A DNA stretch of 64,000 bases from Macrostomum lignano (lineage: Eukaryota), in assembly GCA_002269645.1 (NCBI GenBank), contig NIVC01003357.1, positions 1 to 64,000 of the forward strand, written 5' to 3'. The translations under genes were made by a program, and so were the position numbers. The notes under the pieces were generated by a model that was given only the letters and a program-made list of their open reading frames with translations, was not told the origin of the DNA and ran no database searches. This document shows, in pieces, positions 25,038-37,600 of this stretch (position 1 is its first letter; the number at the start of each line of letters is the position of its first letter).

Positions 25038-27186
25038 CTAAGTGTTACTCATCCAAATGGAAGTCACTGCAACTGACATAATGCGACTGCCCAATTGCAC
25101 TTTGCTGGCCGTAGCGGAAATCGCGCACTGAGAAGCATCGCCCATGTTCCTCAGCCTAATATTGAGGTCACACCTTGGTGGTCTTGACAATTTATGATGC
25201 AATTTTCATAGACATGCCCATTGAACCTAGAATGCTATGCTGCATCTCAAAAAGGCTAGCTAACGTTTTTTGAAGGGTTTAGTGCAGCGAGACTCCGAGT
25301 CTGATAGATAATCCGGTGTCAGCCAGCGTACGCCAACTGTGCAAGCTTGATCCAAGCATATGAGCATCATGGTAGTTGCCAATTTTTAAAACATTGAACA
25401 TTACAAGAATGCATTTCAAAAACAAAGGAGCATTTTCTATTTTCTATATACAGTATGTATACAGAATTTACCCATACATTCTGTATGCTGTTACATTGCA
25501 TAAATACACTATATTTTATAAATATTCGTTGCGAATCAAAACACTTCAAAAGTTCACATTTCTGATCTGTACATGAGAGAATATAACTCTTGTCTTTTTA
25601 TTTACTTAGATGAAAGAGAAGTTCTTAACTTTGGGAGTTGATGCATATGAAAGACGATGCCTGCAAACGCCTGTCAGCCAGCAAGCAGTTGAAGAACTTC
25701 CTTCACTCATCTTGAAAACAGTGCGCAGTAGATTAGCCTCTGCTGTCGTTGATGTCATCTGGTTAGCAGCTAGAGCACAGCCATCTTCTGTATGCTGACA
25801 ACCAAAACAATTGGCACCAAAAAAGCAACCAGCCTGCCAGAACTCCAAGGGTGGCGAGCTAGCTGCATCGAGTTGCGACAAGTGGGTATAGGACATGGAA
25901 TGCCATAATGCCTGGTATTAGGTTAGACAAACATGAAGCATTGTTTGCTTGTACACAGCTTGTTAGCTAAATAGGCTCAGAATGCAGGCAGGAGACCAGG
26001 CAAGTGGTAGTTCAGGCTTGGTGCTTGCAGCTGAAACAAAGTATGTTGAAATAAAAGGTATTGAATTCATCTACAACTTTTCATAAACAATTTTAAAAGT
26101 CAATAAAAACACTGATTTTCCTATACATTTGCTCTTGCAATCTTTAAAAAAGCCAATACATTAAAATTGAATAAATTATATTATTTTTGAATAAATAATA
26201 CCAAAAATTAATTGTGTCTGATGAATTTTAGTTTTCACTCTAGTAAAACTATTGGTATCAGCTATCTAGCTTATTGCTCAACATAGATTTTAGCATCGAA
26301 CAGAGGTGGTGCAATTTACAAAGTTCTCCTGCAAGCATTTTTTGTAAAAGAACTAACTCCAAAGTGTTAGAGCTTTTGTCAACAAGTACATTTATGAGAG
26401 AAAATCCAATAGTTTTTAATAATTAAATAAATTTTATGATTAAAAGTAAAATGCTCTGCTAGAAGCATACTTGTAATTCCAGGCTCTCAGATATTTATAA
26501 GAAAAACCTTGAAACAGCAATAATTCTGCTATTTACTTCTGTGTGGTAGTATGCATGCAGCTTACGTCATTGTCATAGTCGAATGCAAAATGGCAGAACC
26601 CAAAAGTAAAAACGGGAAATGGATGAAACAGTTGTCTATTTTATCAGTATATTTCAAGCAGCGCCTTCATATCTAATAATTTTAATTTTATTCATGCACA
26701 TTGAGTCTGAATGCCAATGGCAACGAGGACATTAACAGTTATGTTGTGTGCAGTGCAGTGCAGTGTTTTTTAAAACCCAGTTTGCATAAAAATAGTTAAA
26801 TAATTTCCGCGCGTACCTAACAGAACCGAAATTAAAAAGAATCCGAAACCTCCGAGCTATTTTAAAAATAAAAATTGTATTAATTAGCAAATTGCAGTAA
26901 ACTTTCAATTTTTGTACAGTATTTAAAATTTCGTGCAAAAATATTTGTTCGAAATGAAACCTCTGAAAAACCTCAAAACCTCCGAAACCTCTCGATGAGA
27001 ATCACCCACGACCCAACTAGTCAGCTGATCTGATCTGCTGACCGCTTACTGAAGTGCTATGCATAAGGACGGTAGCTACTTTTTCTTGTTTAGTAGAAAC
27101 TTATTACCAACAAATTAGATTCAGAATTTAATAGACAAACTGTGAGTCTGCGTTATATTGGATCACATATTTATCTTTTCACATAA

Positions 27187-27370
27187 CAGGCGCGGATCCA
27201 GGAATTTCTTGAGGGGGGCCAACTTTTTTCATACTGCCCCGAGTAGGAACCCACCCCAAGGCCCAAGCCCTTTCTTTACTTAGAAGGGGGCCAAAGGCCA
27301 AGAGCAGAATTTTTTCGAGGCAGCTGAGGGGGGGCCATGGCCCCCTTGGCCCCCCCAGGATCCGCCACTG
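27187..27370. mobile_element. hAT-type MITE, 184 bp
   Basis: Termini CAGGCGCGGATCC and GGATCCGCCACTG, with a perfect 8-bp TSD TCACATAA. Confidence 0.9.
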
Positions 27371-28113
27371 TCACATAATTTCTATCTAATATTTGAGAAC
27401 TAGGATTAGGAATAGTCATGTAATGAAAAATTGGCTGAAATAACCGTACTAGTGATCTGCCAATCTGATTCGATAGTTCCATAACAATTTTAGTAATTTT
27501 AGTCATATTTATACCTCATTTGCAGATCTTATTCTAGTTTAATAAAGATTTTGATTATCAAACTTCTATGAGCTAATTTTCCTTTTAAGCATTATTAACT
27601 TTATATTTAAGTTTCATAATAAATTAAAACAATAAGTTTCATCAAATTGATCTAAAATAGGCCATTTTAATATTATAATGTTAGAAATAATTCCAATTTG
27701 ATATCTCTCTTTTTGAAATTAAATCAGTGTTATAATTATATTATATATGCAAGAAATATTTAGGATTAAATAACTATACATATAAATATCATAAATAGAT
27801 AATAGTATTGATAATATTATATAGAATTGCTTGTTAATAAAGTTATGAAGTTATAAAATAATATTTATATAATTTGCTTATCTATATTATCCTATATTAT
27901 AATATTGATCTAAGATTTATATCATAGAATAGCATATTTTATGCTCTTTATTGATTTTTTAGTTGGGTTTAAAGATTTTCAATACTTTTAATAAACTTAT
28001 CTATAAAAGATAGCTCTAATTCTGATATTTTGGATTGAATTTAGCATAGAATATATATTTTATTAGTCTTGATCACCATGATTAATGCATGTGAATTTAA
28101 ATAAACTGACAGC

Positions 28114-31100
28114 ATGCCTTTTGTTGGACTTGACTGGCGCTCACCAGGAGATCAGTGGATAAAGACTGATACTGGCAACTGGGAACAAATGCGCCTGTGG
28201 CGAATCAAAATGTTTGACCATCTCAATGAAAGCACAATGCGAAGGTTTGTTTTTGAAATAGAATTCTATGAGTAAATTAGCTGCTTGTAAATCTCCATCG
28301 CTAATTGGCCAACCCGGTCTCCATCACCACCAGAATGATCCGCAACTCTTTGTCAGCGAGCAGTGACTCGGCCAGCAGCCTCTGCCAGGCCGGCGAGTCC
28401 CACCAGTCCATTCGGCAGCCGCACGCGTTTGTCAAGCGAAATACAACGCGAGAGGTTCTTACAGATTAGGACTTTTGTTGCTTGATTGGCTGTCTTCTAG
28501 AAGCATTCATTTTGTTAATTGTTATTAAAATTTGCAGAGCCTGGTGACAACTAGCATTAGCGATGTCTTCGCCCGCCTCGATATGGACGGCGGGCTCAAG
28601 GATCTGCGCAGATTCCGCTACATCACTAAGGTGGGACATCTCGTCTGCTGTCCATTACTGTCACTCCATTTTGACTGCTAACGCTGGAAGATTGTATGTA
28701 AACAACACCCACCCCTTCCTCCACCGCACACTGGCAGATTGTAAACAACACCCAGCCCTTCCCGCACCGCACACTGGCAGATCGTAAACAACACCTACCC
28801 CTTCCCACAAAGCACACTGGCAGATTGTAAACAACATCCACCCTTTCCCCACCGCACACTGGCAGATTGTAAAAAACACCCACCCCTTCCCCCACCGCAC
28901 ACTGGCAGATTGTAAAAAACACCCACCCCTTCCCCCACCGCACACTGGCAGATTGTAAACAACACCCACCCCTTCCCCCACTGCACACTGGCAGATTGTA
29001 CACAACACCCAACCCTTCTCCCACAGATTGTAAACAACACCCACCCCTTCCCCCACCGCACACTGGCAGATTGTAAAAAACACCCACCCTTCCCCCACCG
29101 CACACAGGCAGATTGTAAACAACACCCACCCCTTCCCCCACTGCACACTGGCAGATTGTACACAACACCCAACCCTTCTCCCACAGATTGTAAACAACAC
29201 CCACCCCTTCCCCCACTGCACACTGGCAGATTGTACACAACACCCAACCCTTCTCCCACAGATTGTAAACAACACCCACCCCTTCCCCCACCGCACACTG
29301 GCAGATTGTAAACAACACCCACCCCTTCCCCCACCGCACACTGGCAGATTGTAAACAACACCCACCCCTTCCCCCACTGCACACTGGCAGATTGTCTCTC
29401 TGCTGATCGCAGACCGGCTACACCAGGTGTCCGGACGGGCGCAACTGCTGCTGGTCCAGCTGGCCAAACAGGCAGCTGAGCAGGCTCTGGCCAGCAAGAT
29501 GTACATTGGTGTTGCCAGGTACGAGAGGCGCTATTTGTATTCACTGTCCAACTCGCTTTAATAAGGTCGTGTTGAAAGGGGTAAGACAAGAACATTCAAC
29601 CATGTAGCGCGCTTAGCACTGGAAGCTAAGCAATATTGGCCGGGGTTAGTACGAAGATAAACATTCTGCATGAATGCACAAGCAGTATCTGTAATTACAA
29701 CGGGTCAAGTGTATGCATTGATCTATTGTGGGTACTTTAAATCCAATTGAATTTTGCAGGCAGCTCGTGGAGGGCCTTCGCCGGTCGCTTGACGAGCACC
29801 GCTACGAGCACATCGGCAGCGAGGAGCTCTGGCGACGGCACCGAGAAGCCCTGGAGGAGATGCAGCAGTTGCTGGTAAGGTTCTAAAATTTTCGTTTCTA
29901 ATTTAATATTTGCACTTTTGCTGTATTATTCTATCTTCGCCTCACTCAGTTTCACTGCATATTACTTCCAATTTTGCTCCTTTGTTTGTCGCTCCCACTC
30001 TGACTCCCGGATTGGCACCCCTTCCCTCAATGTCACTCTCTTTCACTTTCACTCTCTTCCTCAGTGTCACTCTTTCACAATACTCTCGTCCACAATATCA
30101 CTCTCTTCGTCAATGTCACTCTCTTCCAAAATTTCAGTCTCTTCCACAATGTCACTCTCTTCCACAATGTCACTCTCTTCCAAAATGTCAGTCTCTTCCA
30201 CAATGTCATTCTCTTCCACAATGTCACTCTCTTCCACAATGTCACTCTCTTCCACAATGTCACTCTCTTCCAGAATGTCACTCTCTTCCAGAATGTCACT
30301 CTCTTCCAGAATGTCACTCTCTTCCACAATGTCACTCTCTTCCACAATGTCACTCTCTTCCACAATGTCACTCTCTTCCACAATGTCACTCTCTTCCACA
30401 ATGTCACTCTCTTCCACAATGTCACTCTCTTCCACAATGTCACTCTCTTCCACAATGTCACTCTCTTCCACAATGTCACTCTCTTCCACAATGTCACTCT
30501 CTTCCACAATGTCACTCTCTTTCACTTTCACTCTCTTCCTCAGTGTCACTCTTTCACAATACTTTTGTCCACAATATCACTCTCTTCGTCAATGTCACTC
30601 TCTTCCACAATGTCACTCTCTTCCAAAATGTCAGTCTCTTCCACAATGTCACTCTCTTCCACAATGTCACTTTATCTTAACTTCACTCGCATCTTTCACT
30701 CGAATTTCAACTCTCTCACTGTCCCTGACTCCATCAATGCTCAAACTCCTCTAAGCGGTGCTAAATTGCATCTCGCTTCCTCTCACTGCAGCAGGCCGGG
30801 ACAGACGGCTCGTCGAGAGTGGCATCAGCAGCCACAGCCCTGGACTCCGAGCTGGACCCCGACGCTGCCGGCGCGTCGCCGTTTGCCGCCAATCCGTTTG
30901 CCTCGATGCCGGCTGACTGCATCCGGCAGGTGCTGCGCCGTCTGGAAGATCCGGCCGACATCGAGCGGCTGGCTGGACTCGACCGCCGCCTGGCCGACCT
31001 GGCCAGCGAAGATCATCTGTGGAAGCGGCTGGTGCTGTTCCACTTCGCTGGCGGCTTCGGCGGCGGGATTGGCGGCACAGGCGCTGCCGCAGGCCGTTCT

Positions 31101-31585
31101 GTGTCGGCTGGTCCGGCGGTCACCTCAGTTGACGACTGCAACTGGCCGAGTGTGTACAGGCGCCTGTTCAGACGGTACGGCGACTCGCAGCAGTTCTATC
31201 CGGTCAGCCTGCACCTGTGCCCCCGCTGCTCTTGTCTGTTCTGGCCGGTGAGCTCATTGTGGGGGGTTGTTGCGGTTACCTGTGTTTAGGGGCGCCGCAG
31301 CTATACTACTCAGCTACTCAAAAGCCATCAAATATTTGAGTCGGCAAAGGTTTTTCTGAGAATCTATACAATGTACGAGAAATAGAGGTGCGCATCTAAT
31401 AGGTTACCCGCATTGATCCCCCGTGCCAGAACCTCGGCCATCCGTGCAACGTAGTCAGCTGCAACTCGGCTGACCCCAGTCAGCAGGAGCAACAGCAGCA
31501 GCAGGATCTTCAGGCTGGCGAGGCCACCGAGACCAAGCCGCCAAAGCTAATCAGCCCGGAAGACTTTGTACGCTTCTTCTCCTAG
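28114..31585 (+). CDS. FBXO32: F-box protein FBXO25/FBXO32 (atrogin-1-like), about 399 aa, 7 exons
   Basis: Exons 28114-28244, 28334-28454, 28538-28630, 29391-29518, 29760-29874, 30792 (or 30795)-31247 and 31430-31585, with consistent phases. Hallmarks are the N-terminal MPFVGLDWRSPGDQWIKT, RRFRYITKIVSLLI, the F-box MPADCIRQVLRRL...LWKRLVLFHF, and the C-terminal LHLCPRCSCLFW..GHPC..ISPEDFVRFF. Confidence 0.92.
28687..29395. repeat. 43-bp minisatellite, about 16 units, filling FBXO intron 3 and overlapping the exon 4 acceptor
   Basis: Same unit as 7806-8160. The last unit reads CTGGCAG|ATTGT into exon 4. Confidence 0.95.
30025..30670. repeat. 18-bp minisatellite with a higher-order duplicated block, in FBXO intron 5
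   Basis: Unit CCACAATGTCACTCTCTT. The variant block at about 30030-30130 recurs at about 30510-30650. Confidence 0.97.
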
Positions 31586-31685
31586 AAGAAAAACTGTTTG
31601 TTCTACAGTGTTTTTTGACAAGTTTTTGCACTTTTAGGTGTTTTTCTGCTTCTGTACGCCGCTGCTGTAAACGTCGTTTACTGTA

Positions 31686-31945
31686 AGGGAGACATGGTGA
31701 TACTGAGAGGGAGACATGGTGATACTCAGAGGGAGACATGGTGATACTGAGAGGGAGACATGGTGATACTCAGAGGGAGACATGGTGATACTGAGAGGGA
31801 GACATGGTGATACTGAGAGGGAGACATGGTGATACTGAGAGGGAGACATGGTGATACTGAGAGGGAGACATGGTGATACTGAGAGGGAGACATGGTGATA
31901 CTCAGAGGGAGACATGGTGATACTGAGAGGGAGATATGGTGATAT
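31686..31945. repeat. 22-bp minisatellite, about 12 copies
   Basis: Unit GAGGGAGACATGGTGATACT(G/C)A. Confidence 0.97.
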
Positions 31946-32594
31946 TTCGGGTGGGTTAATGTAGTAGTGAGAGATCCATTAAGGCTTTTTCGCAGAACCA
32001 GGATCTTTTTACTCTGCAGAGCGACCTGACAATCTGAAAAATTACTGTACTAACTGCATGTCCACCTGTTTAAACTAGATTCTTACCTTAAACTAACCTA
32101 GTGACGTAGTCTATCCCTGATTTGGATTGGGTGGCACCGTGGCATCGATATGGTAATTTAAAATCCGCTTGTTTTTTCACTGTTGTTGATGAATCTTGTC
32201 AATAGTCACACCATCTGCATTTCCTCTCGAGATATTTAATCGTCACAAAAGCATTCATTACTCGATAGATTAGAAGTTTATTTACGAGCATATTATTAAT
32301 AAGCTACTCTACATGTAGCTACATATAGCTGTGCAAATTCTTACTTTTTTTTCAGGTTTATTTATTACATTTTTAATAACAGTAAAAATAATTACTGCTA
32401 AGCGCCTTGTTCAAAGCTTCATTTGTGATATATTGTTGTACTGTTAAAATGCTGGACCATTTAAACATCTTAGTCATTTGATTTTTTTCTTTTTTTACAG
32501 TCTAATCCAATTTAAGCACTTGTTAAATACAGTATATTATAGTTTCACTAAATCTATTTTTTGAGTGTTAATAGCATTTGTTTTTTTGCGCGTG

Positions 32595-33009
32595 GAATAG
32601 GAAAGTTAGGGGTGAGAGACTGAGTGAGGGACAGGCTTTAAAACCGATAAACAACCACCCCACACCGTACATGCGCTATAAAAATTGATAAGCTGATCCA
32701 TTAGCGCCAGCGGGAATAGAAAAGTTAGGGGTGAGAGACTGAGTGAGGGACATGCTTTAAAATCGATAAACAACCACCCCACACCGTACATGCGCTATAA
32801 AAATTGATAAGCTGATCCAGTAGCGCCAGCGGGAATAGAAGTTAGGGGTGAGAGACTGAGTGAGGGACTGGCTTTAAAATCGATAAACAACCACCCCACA
32901 CCGAAAATGCGCTATAAAAAGTGATAAGCTGATCCATTAGCGCCAGCGGGAATAGGAAAGTTAGGGGTAAGAGACTGAGTGAGGAACTGGCTTTAAAGTC
33001 GATAAACAA
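32595..33009. repeat. About 119-bp tandem repeat, about 3.5 copies
   Basis: GAATAG(G/A)AAAGTTAGGGGTGAGAGACTGAG-like unit starts recur at 32595, 32714, 32833 and 32950. Confidence 0.95.
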
Positions 33010-34110
33010 CCAACTCCATAGAGTCCAAACGTCTTATAGACGCTATGCCTATAGTAGGCTTGAGAGCTGGATAAAATAAAAAAACGCCTAATCCACGCGT
33101 TCAGAATTAATACAATTAACACCACTTCTTCTAAAGCGGACAGACACCAGATGATGTATTTCCATCACGAGCTAATATAATAAGATTATCGTAGCTAATC
33201 TAGTCTGCTTAGCAGGTTTTTTGCAGAGCTTCGCGATCACGATGACTGACTGACTGTTCCCTTCCGTTATTCATTGGGATCAAATATCACGACTCGTTTC
33301 TGTGATGCCTCTCTGAAATATTGACTTTAAAAGAATCTCTGTAAATTGTCTCGCATACCGATGTCATCTGTCATTCGCAGTGTTTTTTAATCCTTTGAAA
33401 ATCATAAATTTCTTATTCAGATACGAGCTGTAAATATACACGAAATGCCAACCAGACGGCACCTAAATATTTCCTCGTACCATTTTTAACCACTAGAGTG
33501 ATACAAAAATTGACAGAAAATGTTCAAATCTTATTGAAAACAAGTTTTCAGTTTTAGCGACTGTGTGCGAAACCTTAGTTTCTTCGCCAATTGATCAAGT
33601 TTAATTTTTTGGCAACTGACACAGGATATTTAGTGTAGCATTGGCAGTCCATCAATAATTAATAACACAATCTTTGAATTAATGATATGGATTTGCCTAA
33701 AAGGGAACAATATTAAGCAAATCAAGGGCTTGGCAAACGACTAGTGAAAGAAGCAAATTTGAAGCCAATTTAGTCAAAACTGGGCTTAAAAGAGAAACAA
33801 AACAGAGTACTCCACTAATAGGGAAATCCCACCGGATAAAGGTGAGCACGAGTGGGCCATAAAATTCGAATTAAATCCTTATCTAGCCAAAAACTTGACA
33901 ATGCCACATTCTTAAAAGAAACAAAGAGCATGTCCAATATAGCTTTACTATAGCTCGTAAAAGCAAACCCAATCTGAGATTTTGACCTAAGGGCTAAGGC
34001 TTGATATCAAACTGTTTAGTCGGTTAAAACAAAAACACCAACTATAAAAAATTAACCCAATATACCAGAAATTCATATGCATAAAAATTGTAATTTGTTT
34101 ATCTCTAACA

Positions 34111-34553
34111 TGGATTATGGGCGATTCTGTGAGTGGATTATGGGCGATTCCGTGAGTGGATTATGGACGATTGTGAGAGTGGATTATGGACGATTGTGAG
34201 AGTGGATTATTGGCGATTCTGTGAGTGGATTATGGGGGATTGTGAGGGTGGATTATGGGGGATTATGAGAGTGGATTATGGGGATTGTTGAGAGTGGAAT
34301 ATGGGGGATTGTGAGGGTGGATTATGGGGGATTGTGAGGGTGGATTATGGGGGATTGTGAGGGTGGATTATGGGGGATTGTGAGGGTGGATTATGGGGGA
34401 TTGTGAGTGGAATATGGGGGATTGTGAGGGTGGATTATGGGGGATTATGAGAGTGGATTATGGGTGATTGTTGAGAGTGGAATATGAGGGATTGTGAGGG
34501 TGGATTATGGGGGATTATGAGAGTGGATAATGGGCGATTGTGAGTGGATTATG
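34111..34553. repeat. 19-22-bp G-rich minisatellite
   Basis: Variants of GTGGATTATGGGGGATTGTGAGG. Confidence 0.95.
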
Positions 34554-34672
34554 TATGATTCTGCTTTTGGTTTAGGCGCAAAAGGAAGTTCTACAGAATC
34601 TCAAAACTGGTCAAAGTGCACATAGCAGACATGATACAGAAACTGACTGGAATCTCCGCATTACCAAGTTGC

Positions 34673-37600
34673 TTAGACAGCCCGGAACGGCTGCAGCTGA
34701 GCCAGCAGGCCCGCAGCAGCCTCGATGGCGGATTCTGGCAGACGAGGCAGCAGCCACCGGCAAACGGGCTGTAGCCGGGCTCGCGCGGAGCCTTCGGGCG
34801 CGTCGCCGATGGGATGGGCAGCCAGTTCAACGCAGGCCATGGGCAGGCCGACGAGAGCCAGCGCCAGCAGAGTCAGCGCCAGGACAGTCAGCAACAGCCG
34901 GACGAAGCCCGAGCAGCAGCGGCCGCGACTTCCGCCCGAGGCAGACGCTCGGGACTGCTCAGCGTCCTCTTCGCTGTCGTCGCCGTCATCGCCTGGATGG
35001 CGGCCTTTGCCATCATCGGCTTGGTTTTGCCGCCGCTGCTGCTGCTGCTGTTGCTGCTCCCGACGGCGTTGCTTTTTTGCTTCGCGACGTTCGGTGCGTT
35101 CGGCCGCTTCACGCGCCTGTTGCTTGGCAGCCTCGGCGCGCTCCTCGGCCAGGCGCGCCTGCAGACAGCGGGCAGGGAAAATAATTGAGAAATTGGAGGC
35201 ATTAGTGTCAGGATTAATTAAACTGGTGTATTATGATAACTAAAGACTATGATAAGAGTATGAGAATGAGAAAGTATGAGAATGGGAGTCTATGGCATGA
35301 GAATGGGAGGCTATGGCATGAGAATGGGAGTCTATGGCATGAGAATGGGAGGCTATGGCATGAGAATGGTAGGCTATGGCATGAGAATAAGAGGCTATGG
35401 CATGAGAATGGTAGGCTATGGCATGAGAATGGGAGGCTATGGCATGAGAATGGGAGACTATGGCATGAGAATGGGAGGATACCAGGTCAAGGAAAAAGGC
35501 CCATCTGACCAATCAGTTCTCACCTGCCGCTCCCGCTCCAGCCCGGAGGCCACCTGGCGCATATGGGCGACAACATTGGTTGCGCACCTGCGACAGCCGC
35601 GCTCGTCCAGGCAGTCACCGGCGGCCCTGGCCAGCCCAGGCTCCAGGCTGTCGTTGTCCTTCAGGTCAAGCCAGCGGAGCCGGTCCAGATGCGCGAAGCT
35701 GGGCGGCAGCAGCCGGAGCTGATTGCCGCGCAGATCGAGGTGCTGCAGAGAGCGCAGCCGGCCAAAGGAAGCCGGCAGATGGGTCAGGCGATTCTTGCTC
35801 AAGTCCAGGCGGATCACCTGATCGGCCAGGTCGCCAAAGTCTTCCTGCGCAGGAGCAGGAATGGAGTTCGGGATTCAACACTGAAGATTGTGCACAAACT
35901 CAACATACAACCAAGGACTGCTCAAGTAGAAAGACGGGAAATTGTGTTTCTTGGAAAATGATTCCAATGCACTTACAGGAAGCTGCTCAAGATTGTTGCA
36001 ACTGAGGTCTATTGTATCCACCTTTGAGAGTGCCTTCTGAAATTGTGGAATTATAGCCTATGGAATTTGGGTGATTATCTTTCATATCTAATGTCTAATT
36101 ATGTCCAATAAACAAACTTCAGTAAAGTCATAATATTTTTTTTAAATTAGGAATAATTACCTACTTCTGTCAGTATAAAAAACAAAAGTTAAAAAGTAGC
36201 AATTTTATAATTATGGTTTTCTATTGTACATTCAAAATGGATGTATGGTAAGTTTATCATGTATTGGTGCATATCTATTGAAACATTTTTGGCATTGGTA
36301 CATCATCCAAGGTCAATTGATAGAATAAGGTGTGTTCACAAAACAAATTTATATATTCTAAACTTTTTGTTTTTATTTTTTAGTATTCAAGTTACAATTC
36401 ATATGCCTAGATTTAAACATATATGCATCATATTTAAAGAAAACTTGTTGCTTTTATTTTGCGTGGCATGCATGCAGTTAGCATAATGTCTAGACTAGAC
36501 TTTAGGCCTTATATTGCAAAATGAGGCCTATGGATACAAGACACAATGCTGCTTTTTGGCATGTAGTTTAAGTAGAATTTTTTAGCATAGACCACAGAAT
36601 ATACAATTCAATGTTAATTCTAATTCAATGTTATCAAAAAATACACGTGCAAGCAGCACAAGCTAATCGAAAAGTCTTTTACGCTTATCCTTATCTCTTT
36701 ACATTGACTTTTAATACATATAGCCTAGGGCGCTTAGCTTAATCTACGTCAATTTAATTGCACTACTTTTCGCCACCTCATCATTAGTAGTCTATGAACA
36801 TTTTATTCCAATAACTAGTTTAAGCGCTGATTCACCATTCTGTGTATATTCTGTGGCATAGACTGGCATATATTATTTTTTATTTTAAGTTATTTTCTAA
36901 TGCATAATGATACATGTGCAACCTTAGGAATCACTTGGTCATTTCTATTGGCAACACACATACATGTAAGTTGCTATTGGCAGAGAGCAGTCATGTGACT
37001 ACTATTCTATCCAATAGTGACTTACATGTGTTTGTTGCCAATAGAAATGGCTGGGTAAATCCCTAGGTTGCACTCAAGCATGTGCATAATCAAATGACTA
37101 TAGGCATTATAGGCATATAATATAATTTAAAGGTAGCAAGTTGATTAGTCATAACTAGTCAATTCACCAGAAAAGATTTTCATTTAAAAATGATAATCAT
37201 TTATAATAGTCTTATTTTGTAAATCAATGGTTCTATGTACGAGCGTATGCAACATGGTCAACAAGACTCTGCTAGCCTCCTAAAGTGTTGGATAATATGC
37301 TGAAAGTAGCTATGTAGTAGCTAAGCTAATATGCTAAGCTAAGCTAATATGCTAATATGTAGATCATATTAATATGCACGAGGCAGCCATTGTAAAATAC
37401 AGAAATGAACAAAGTCAAAGTGTTTAAAATATGTTGAATATTAAAATGGGTTTAAAAGTTTTATGAATGAATATTTAAACTGGTAGATGTCAATTACTAA
37501 TGAGTATTGGACTATCAACTTAGGACATAACATTTTGATAAATCAACTTTTGGCATATTGTCTGAGATTCTAATTTAGATAGGGCTACACTATACTTATA

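Larger units (their letters stand above)
20069..27007. mobile_element. Mutator-like (MULE) element with about 250-bp TIRs, non-autonomous or decayed
   Basis: Termini GGGTGATTCTCATCGAGAGG and CCTCTCGATGAGAATCACCC. The left TIR (20069-20100 continuing at 22876 to about 23100) mirrors about 26770-27007. Perfect 9-bp TSD ACGACCCAA at 20060-20068 and 27008-27016. Confidence 0.88.

Noticed and set aside
28626-30754. Long repetitive ORFs (252-395 aa, such as CHSLPQ, HNVTLF and EESDIV repeats)
   Set aside because: They are open frames of the 43-bp and 18-bp intronic satellites. The FBXO model is complete and in frame without them.
34669-36005. Several overlapping plus-strand ORFs
   Set aside because: They are antisense shadows of GC-rich LRRC59 exons and the 21-bp repeat.
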